Source: a virus
Lineage: Duplodnaviria; Caudoviricetes
DNA: 28,641 bases
Strand: one strand, 5' to 3'
IMG/VR virus record: IMGVR_UViG_3300012914_000006
Coordinates: 1 to 28,641 of that record
The position numbers and the translations under genes are program-made. Below, piece by piece: positions 23,315 to 28,641 of the stretch. The stretch's first letter is position 1. The number at the start of each line of letters is the position of its first letter. A model generated the notes under the pieces. It did no database searches, was not told the DNA's origin, and was given only the letters and a program-made list of their open reading frames with translations.

Positions 23315-24141
23315 AGGAGACCGCCTTTCAGGGTGATGTTCCGCGAGGGGTCCGTGAGCCGGAAGGACTGGCCCTCAGGCGCACGGTACTGGGTGAAGTT
23401 GATCCACGTGCCATCCGACAGACGGGTGCCCCCGGAGTGCAGGCACTCGTAACGACGGCCGGTCGGGTCTCCGAACTTGCCGTTACGAACATCGGCACAG
23501 ATGGCCAACATTTCGTCCACCGGGGAGACGGCCGACTTCTTCCGGACGAAGGGCTTCGGTGAGTTCCAGACACGGAACCCTACCCACTCCTCTGCCTTCT
23601 CCTCCTTCACCGCGTACACGTCGGCCAGGATCTCGTGGACCAGGTCGGGTTTCGCCTGGGCCTTCTTGATCTCCATGGCCTGGTCCCACCGTTGACGGTC
23701 CCCGAGGTTCAGGAATTGGGCCCTCAGGTTCTCCTCATAGTCTGCCCAGGCCTGTCGAGTGATCTTGCTAGTGGCTGTGTTGCGCCGGTCCCTTGCCATG
23801 GCCAGTTCGTCCTTCAGCCGTTGCAGGGTGTCCGGGGCAACGGGCGGCCTCGGGTCCTCCGGGACACTGGGGGCAGGAAGGGCGGGCTCCGTGTACCCGA
23901 GGTACTGGAGCATCGAGGCAGCGACGTCCCGTTCCTGTGGTCCGACGGCGTTGTCCCGGATGCGGAGCCACACCTTCACCTGATCCTCGTCCGCCTTGAT
24001 GGCCTCGGGCGTGAACGGGCTGACGTACTCCGCCGACCGGGTCATCTTGTGCACCGCGACGGACAGTAGACTGAGGAACCCGACCACCCCTCCAACCATG
24101 GCCACGTCGCTCAGCATTAGACCCACTGCGTACCAGTCCAT
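23311..24141 (-). CDS. Hypothetical protein with N-terminal transmembrane segment (276 aa)
   Basis: GAAAGGTGA RBS; hydrophobic stretch VAMVGGVVGFLSLLSVAV. Confidence 0.75.
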   Translation of the reverse strand: MDWYAVGLMLSDVAMVGGVVGFLSLLSVAVHKMTRSAEYVSPFTPEAIKADEDQVKVWLRIRDNAVGPQERDVAASMLQYLGYTEPALPAPSVPEDPRPPVAPDTLQRLKDELAMARDRRNTATSKITRQAWADYEENLRAQFLNLGDRQRWDQAMEIKKAQAKPDLVHEILADVYAVKEEKAEEWVGFRVWNSPKPFVRKKSAVSPVDEMLAICADVRNGKFGDPTGRRYECLHSGGTRLSDGTWINFTQYRAPEGQSFRLTDPSRNITLKGGLL

Positions 24142-24170
24142 CTGGATCACCTTTCCGGTTAACGAAGGAA

Positions 24171-24208
24171 TGCCCGGCCACCGTACCACGAGGGACGATG
24201 ACCGGGCA
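24171..24208 (-). terminator. 14-bp intergenic hairpin with G-U pairs on the minus strand
   Basis: TGCCCGGTCATCGT / ACGGTGGCCGGGCA. Confidence 0.5.
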
Positions 24209-24217
24209 ACTGACGGG

Positions 24218-24469
24218 CTAAGCGACGGGCGGGGCCTTCGGGTGGTCGCCGGGGTTGGACCAAGTACCGGTGATCACGTTGTCGATGGACTTGTCCACCC
24301 TGGACCGGTGCACCTGGTTCCAGCCGATCCGGACGAAGGGCATCAGGACCAAGATCAACAGGCCGATGCCGAACGGGGCCCAGGACGACAGGATGATCGA
24401 CAGCGGGATCGAGGCCCAGAACAACGCCCCGACGATCAGGCGTCCTGCGGGAACGTGAACGTCCGTCAT
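24218..24469 (-). CDS. Small two-TM membrane protein (83 aa)
   Basis: Two hydrophobic helices; GAGGGGG RBS. Confidence 0.75.
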   Translation of the reverse strand: MTDVHVPAGRLIVGALFWASIPLSIILSSWAPFGIGLLILVLMPFVRIGWNQVHRSRVDKSIDNVITGTWSNPGDHPKAPPVA

Positions 24470-24473
24470 GTTC

Positions 24474-24614
24474 TCAGTTCCCCCTCTTCGCGGCCCGGAC
24501 GACCCGGGCGTACTGGCGCTGGTTGCCTCGGGCCTGGTCCTCCTGGGCCAACTGCTCCAAGGTGACCGGTACGCCTCGGGTCTTGGGACGCTGGGTCTGG
24601 TTCTGGTTGATCAT
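24474..24614 (-). CDS. Hypothetical protein (46 aa; below the ORF track cutoff)
   Basis: GAAGGAG RBS, ATGA overlap; MINQNQTQRPKTRGVPVTLEQLAQEDQARGNQRQYARVVRAAKRGN. Confidence 0.65.
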   Translation of the reverse strand: MINQNQTQRPKTRGVPVTLEQLAQEDQARGNQRQYARVVRAAKRGN

Positions 24615-25060
24615 GATCGTGACTCCTTCAGGATCTCTTCCCGACCGTTAACGACGGTCGGACGGTCGTCGATCAGCGGGAACGGATTGCTGGCCGTTTC
24701 TTCGATGGCCTGTTCGAGGGCCGTCCCGTACGTCAGCTTCCTGTCCTGGAGTCGCTGGAACGCGAACAACAGGGCCTCGGACTTCTCCGTCAGTTCGACA
24801 CCTGCTCGAAGGACCTGACCCAGGATGTCCTTCCCCTGGTCGGCCGCCATCAGGTAGTCCACCGGAACGTTGAACTGCTCCGCGAACACCTTGCCCAGGC
24901 CACACGATGGGGCGAGATTCGGGGCCGGGGTGACGTAGAGACAGGTGGCCGGGAAGTTCGGCAGGGGCGACGGGTAGATGTATTCCGTACCCCTTTCCTT
25001 GACCAGCCGACGGAGGGCGCGGAGGGCTTCCGGGTACTTGACCAACCGAGGGGCGCTCAT
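24611..25060 (-). CDS. Hypothetical protein, paralog of the upstream gene (149 aa)
   Basis: GAGGTG RBS, ATGA overlap; shares EY.YPS, C.Y, PSC..G.V, FNVP, Q..QD with the neighbour. Confidence 0.8.
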   Translation of the reverse strand: MSAPRLVKYPEALRALRRLVKERGTEYIYPSPLPNFPATCLYVTPAPNLAPSCGLGKVFAEQFNVPVDYLMAADQGKDILGQVLRAGVELTEKSEALLFAFQRLQDRKLTYGTALEQAIEETASNPFPLIDDRPTVVNGREEILKESRS

Positions 25061-25536
25061 CGGGCCACCTCGGAATCCAGGTACGCCGGGTACTCCGCGA
25101 TGACCCTGTCCGCCCGAACCTTGCTGTCGAACCACGTGCCCCCGCCGTCCTGACGGGCCTGGGCCGAACGGAGGTACCGACTGGCGGCCTCGGTGAACGT
25201 GACCCCGATCGCCTTCATCTCGGACAGGAAGCCATCGGACCCGACGACCACGCCCGAGAACAGGTCGCCCGTCTTCCCGGCCTGGTCCAACTTCCGAAGG
25301 GGCTCCAGGGGCACGTTGAACTTCTCCACCAGCACCCGGCCGACGAGGCACGACGGCCGACCGTCGCGGAGGTAGGTGCACGAGGCCTGGGCCTCCGCAC
25401 TGTGGACCGCGTGGTCGAACAGTTCCTTGGTCTCCTGTCCGTCGCGGATCAGGAGGGACGGGTAGCGGTACTCCGGCTCCACGCTCTCGACGACGGCGGC
25501 CAGGGCTTCCTTGGCCTTCTCCAACGTGATCAACAT
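25057..25536 (-). CDS. Hypothetical protein (159 aa), first of a paralog pair
   Basis: AGGGAG RBS; first gene behind a promoter. Confidence 0.85.
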   Translation of the reverse strand: MLITLEKAKEALAAVVESVEPEYRYPSLLIRDGQETKELFDHAVHSAEAQASCTYLRDGRPSCLVGRVLVEKFNVPLEPLRKLDQAGKTGDLFSGVVVGSDGFLSEMKAIGVTFTEAASRYLRSAQARQDGGGTWFDSKVRADRVIAEYPAYLDSEVAR

Positions 25537-25577
25537 CTTGACTCCCTATGTGGCGGGTGGTTGGTCGAACAAGATGA

Positions 25578-25607
25578 ACGCTATCAAGCAGGCAGACGGC
25601 CTGTCAA
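25578..25607 (-). promoter_or_regulatory. Sigma-70/HrdB-type early promoter
   Basis: TTGACA-18 nt-TAGCGT, overlapping the 3' end of the HNH gene. Confidence 0.75.
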
Positions 25608-26024
25608 GCGGGGCGAGTAACGAATTGGATACGGCCACTTGGCCCCCTTGCGACTGTTGCACGTAGGGCACATCGGCCGGAGGTTCGCCAACACGTGCAA
25701 CCCCTTCCGGTGCAACGGCTTCACATGGTCCCAGGTCACCCCGGTCACCTCCAACGGGCAGTGGCAGTCATGGCACCGTTTGCCCCAGGTCCGCAGTTTT
25801 GCGGCCAACAGGGCGTCGGTGACCTGGTGCCCCGGGACCCGGGCCGCCTGTTCTCGAGCAGTACGGGCGTACCGTTTCTGAAGCTGGGTTGCCAGGCTGC
25901 CCGGACGAAGTCGACCTTTGTCACGGGCAGCCCGGCACTCGGGGCAGCGGGATTGCTTGGACTGAAAGGCTGACGCCTCAAGGATCCGGTCGCAGGACGT
26001 ACACGCCTTCCATTCCATGATCAT
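25584..26024 (-). CDS. HNH endonuclease with N-terminal zinc ribbon (146 aa)
   Basis: CTSC...CPEC; CHDC, WDHVKP, NLRPMCPTCNSRKG. Confidence 0.9.
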   Translation of the reverse strand: MIMEWKACTSCDRILEASAFQSKQSRCPECRAARDKGRLRPGSLATQLQKRYARTAREQAARVPGHQVTDALLAAKLRTWGKRCHDCHCPLEVTGVTWDHVKPLHRKGLHVLANLRPMCPTCNSRKGAKWPYPIRYSPRLTGRLPA

Positions 26025-26512
26025 CCCTCCATGGGGAACGGCACCCCGGCGGCACGGAACACCAACTGCCGGTCCGACAGCGGCACCTCGGCCCCCGGAT
26101 CGTAGGCCCACAGTTGCACGATGACCTCGTTGCCCGGACCCCAACACTTGGCGATCCTCTGCACCACCACGGTCCGATCGTCCGTGAACGTGAGCCCGGT
26201 CAGGGCGTCCTGGACCGGCTTCAACAGGTTGTCGGTGTCCGGCGTCTTCAGGTGCCACGTCTCCAGGGCCCGGTTCTTGGGCCTCAGGGCCTCGTCGAAC
26301 TGGACGACGATCCGGATCTCTGACGGCCCGTCGTACGGTCGCCACCCCTCAGGTAGCCGATCTTCGCAGGCCTGGCGAATGGTCGACTTGTACCGGGCGT
26401 ACTGGGCACCCCCTTTGTAGTACTGTTGGCCCTGGCGACCGGACACGAGGGCAGGACGGGGCAACGGGGCATGGTCCAACAGGGCCGCGAACTCGACCAG
26501 CAACCGGGTCAT
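26021..26512 (-). CDS. rusA: RusA-family Holliday junction resolvase
   Basis: K.PDTDNLLKPVQDAL.G..F.DD..VV signature. Confidence 0.9.
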   Translation of the reverse strand: MTRLLVEFAALLDHAPLPRPALVSGRQGQQYYKGGAQYARYKSTIRQACEDRLPEGWRPYDGPSEIRIVVQFDEALRPKNRALETWHLKTPDTDNLLKPVQDALTGLTFTDDRTVVVQRIAKCWGPGNEVIVQLWAYDPGAEVPLSDRQLVFRAAGVPFPMEG

Positions 26513-26679
26513 TCCTTTACCCCCTTCTTGTCCCTCACGGTTCGGATGATCTGGCCCAGGAACACGCCGACCCAGACGAACAGGACGAACACGGGCGGAC
26601 CGCTGAACGGTGCTCCGGTGAAGGCGTTGTACATGCACATCAGGAACACGATGAACGATGCCCCGGCGAAGAACTCCAC
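26509..26679 (-). CDS. Small two-TM membrane protein (56 aa; below the ORF track cutoff)
   Basis: GTG start after GGAGG; MEFFAGASFIVFLMCMYNAFTGAPFSGPPVFVLFVWVGVFLGQIIRTVRDKKGVKE; ATGA overlap with rusA. Confidence 0.7.
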   Translation of the reverse strand: MEFFAGASFIVFLMCMYNAFTGAPFSGPPVFVLFVWVGVFLGQIIRTVRDKKGVKE

Positions 26680-26681
26680 GG

Positions 26682-26876
26682 CTACCTACCTCCCACGATC
26701 AGGCTGTACAGGGCCAGGAATCCGGACACCACACCAAGCAGGAGGGACGGCCACCACAACAGGCCGAAGTCTGCCCAGATGGCCGCGATAGCGAACGCCG
26801 ACGCACCTCCGAACGAGAAGTCCGACCACATGGAGGCCCGTGCACCTGAGCGCCGGAGCGCTTGACGATCGATCAT
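26682..26876 (-). CDS. Small membrane protein (64 aa)
   Basis: GGGGAG RBS; two hydrophobic segments. Confidence 0.7.
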   Translation of the reverse strand: MIDRQALRRSGARASMWSDFSFGGASAFAIAAIWADFGLLWWPSLLLGVVSGFLALYSLIVGGR

Positions 26877-27178
26877 GACGGACTCCCCTTCTGTCGGGCC
26901 GCACGCGCACCGAGCATCCGGTTGCGGAGGACGGCGTCAGCCTTGGTGTACCAAATCAGATCGAGGGCCTGGAGCCCGAGGGCCGGGCGCAGCTTGACGG
27001 GCGCACACTCGCCCTTGTCCTCCGCCTCTTCGGACCTCGGTCGGACACGGATGCCCCGGTGCAGATCGAACGCCTTCGTACTGGCGAACCGGTGGTGGCA
27101 GACGGAGCACCAGGCCCCATTCGGGCTGTGCGCCACGCTCTCCTTGGGCCAGACGTACGGATCACTTTGCACGGTCAT
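26873..27178 (-). CDS. Phage zinc-binding protein with CxxCH..F.S..AFD.HR motif (101 aa)
   Basis: WCSVCHHRFASTKAFDLHR. Confidence 0.75.
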   Translation of the reverse strand: MTVQSDPYVWPKESVAHSPNGAWCSVCHHRFASTKAFDLHRGIRVRPRSEEAEDKGECAPVKLRPALGLQALDLIWYTKADAVLRNRMLGARAARQKGSPS

Positions 27179-27392
27179 CTGGGGTGCACCTCATCTCATC
27201 ATTCGAACCGACAGATCGACCGATGATCCCGTGCACGGCCTCCCAGTGTTCGACACAGGCCTTGTGGATCGACCCATCTCGAAGGAAGATCGGCCCTCGG
27301 TGATCGATGTCCGTGTACGGGCACCCGTCGAACAGGCAGACCTCGGGGAGCGCGCACCACTCGGCCATGCGCCAGCGATCGTGTTCACTCAT
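27162..27392 (-). CDS. Small Cys/His-containing hypothetical protein (76 aa)
   Basis: C....C...C..HW; overlaps both neighbours. Confidence 0.6.
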   Translation of the reverse strand: MSEHDRWRMAEWCALPEVCLFDGCPYTDIDHRGPIFLRDGSIHKACVEHWEAVHGIIGRSVGSNDEMRCTPDDRAK

Positions 27393-27579
27393 GATCGAAC
27401 CTATTGGTCTTCCGGACCCGGCGCAACTCGAACATCTCCCTGGCCGTAGCGAACGCGTACCCGACACCCCACGTCGGACCACCGTCGGCCCCGGCGAACA
27501 GGCTGATGTGCCGGACCGTCTTGCCCTGGCGCACCCACCATTCGCCGTCGATGTCCAGGTACATCTTGATCTTTGCCAT
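27385..27579 (-). CDS. Hypothetical protein (64 aa)
   Basis: TGATG overlap; GAGGGGG RBS. Confidence 0.7.
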   Translation of the reverse strand: MAKIKMYLDIDGEWWVRQGKTVRHISLFAGADGGPTWGVGYAFATAREMFELRRVRKTNRFDHE

Positions 27580-27770
27580 CAGAGCAACCCCCTCAACGTC
27601 GTCAGGTGTTCGATGGTCTCGATGATGGCCTCTCGGGTGTACTTGACCATGCTTCGTTCCGCCGTCCACTGGCACCCGAGACGGTGTGCGTCGGCGCTCT
27701 CGAAGCCCTCTCGAACACGGGCCAGGCTGTCTTCGGCCGACTTCAGGGCGGCCTCCCGCTGGTTACTCAT
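27579..27770 (-). CDS. Hypothetical helical protein (63 aa)
   Basis: Overlaps the upstream stop; MSNQREAA start. Confidence 0.65.
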   Translation of the reverse strand: MSNQREAALKSAEDSLARVREGFESADAHRLGCQWTAERSMVKYTREAIIETIEHLTTLRGLL

Positions 27771-28554
27771 CGTCGGTCCCCAGGTCATCGGTGTCCTCGG
27801 CCAGGGTCTGGTGGATCGGGCGGCCCTCGGTCCGCACCACGTCGGCCATGGTCTGGGCGGACAGGGTACCGGCCATCTCCATGATCAGGAAGGCGGCGAA
27901 GTTCCGCCGGGCCAGGGACTCCGCGACCTCCCGGTTCCCCATCACCCCGTGCACTTCGATCGCCTGAAGCACCATGGCGTCACCGACCCTGACGGCCCGT
28001 TCCAGTTCACCGGAGAGGCTGGCGGCCAGGAAGGCGTGGACCTCGGCCCCGATCGGCAGGGAGACGTTGTTGATGTGGTACTGGAGGTCTTCTTCCCGGG
28101 CCCACATCTGATCAGCGTCCGTGTCCTCGTGGAACTGGTAGTGCGCCAGCCGGGCGATCTCGAACAGGAGGCCCTTGTCCATCTGCTCACGGGTCAACTG
28201 CGGGTCGGCTTCCCGGGTGAGGATCGTGACGGACGCCAGGTTCACGTCACGGACGGCCTGGAAGCAGTCGTACATGGACGCGTTGGCAAGGCACTGGAAC
28301 GTCGACAGACTGTTGTCCAGGATCTCCTGGAGCCGGAGCGCATCGAACGAATCCAGGTACGGGTTCTCCACCGTCAACGGACCGTCCGAGGTGAACGTGG
28401 CCCGGGCGAACAGGTCTTCGCTCTCGTCCTGCGGGATGGTCTGGACCAATGCCGGGGGCATCGGCTGACCGACCGGCGGACGGATGGCGGACTGGAATGC
28501 CTCGACCCCGTTCGCGAACGCCCTGATGATGCTAACCAAACGTGCCATGTTCAT
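27763..28554 (-). CDS. Hypothetical acidic protein (~263 aa)
   Basis: AGGGAG RBS; first gene behind a promoter; start 28554 or 28548. Confidence 0.75.
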   Translation of the reverse strand: MNMARLVSIIRAFANGVEAFQSAIRPPVGQPMPPALVQTIPQDESEDLFARATFTSDGPLTVENPYLDSFDALRLQEILDNSLSTFQCLANASMYDCFQAVRDVNLASVTILTREADPQLTREQMDKGLLFEIARLAHYQFHEDTDADQMWAREEDLQYHINNVSLPIGAEVHAFLAASLSGELERAVRVGDAMVLQAIEVHGVMGNREVAESLARRNFAAFLIMEMAGTLSAQTMADVVRTEGRPIHQTLAEDTDDLGTDDE

Positions 28555-28571
28555 CACGCTCCCTGTGATCA

Positions 28572-28605
28572 AGTGGGCCCGGCCCCTTGGTGAACCGGGC
28601 CCACT
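28572..28605 (-). promoter_or_regulatory. 5' leader hairpin (11 bp)
   Basis: AGTGGGCCCGG / CCGGGCCCACT, directly after the -10 element. Confidence 0.55.
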
Positions 28606-28609
28606 GCTG

Positions 28610-28638
28610 ACGTTACGCTAGATGGACCAGAAGGTCAA
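28610..28638 (-). promoter_or_regulatory. Sigma-70/HrdB-type early promoter
   Basis: TTGACC-17 nt-TAACGT. Confidence 0.75.
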
Positions 28639-28641
28639 GCC

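Noticed and set aside
36-28593. Many long plus-strand ORFs (e.g. 1503..2552, 3117..4364, 7401..8402, 21989..23089, 27307..28593)
   Set aside because: They are antisense shadows of GC-rich minus-strand genes, with no RBS or recognisable motifs.
1-28641. Integrase, repressor, Ro60/TROVE, RNA ligase, aminoacyl-tRNA synthetase or DNA-modification genes
   Set aside because: No recognisable motifs in this window, so lifestyle and protein partners of the RNA array cannot be determined here.

Overview
This window is part of a GC-rich tailed (siphovirus-type) phage of an actinobacterium. Essentially all real genes are on the minus strand. In transcription order (right to left) it holds: (1) small early genes behind three sigma-70/HrdB-type promoters, including a RusA resolvase, an HNH nuclease, a pair of tandem paralogs and a family A DNA polymerase; (2) a probable replication origin or regulatory site with a perfect 31-bp inverted repeat and phased iterons (19.9-20.2 kb); (3) a ~1.5-kb non-coding RNA array (15.7-17.2 kb); (4) an HNH gene, then a split lysis pair (glucosaminidase-like plus amidase) with no holin visible; (5) a packaging HNH, a probable cos region, TerS, TerL, portal, MuF-like protein, scaffold, HK97-type capsid, head-tail joining genes, major tail, frameshifted tail chaperones, tape measure, Dit-like protein and a truncated minor tail gene. 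The most unusual part is the RNA array, where no tRNA is fully canonical. It contains two tandem circularly permuted tRNA modules without anticodon loops (Y RNA/YrlA-like), a CAT tRNA with an 80-nt D-loop, two 68-nt tRNAs sharing a minimal D-arm design, a tRNA-Pyl-shaped cloverleaf, and structured spacers. All folds were done by eye; no database search or folding program was run.
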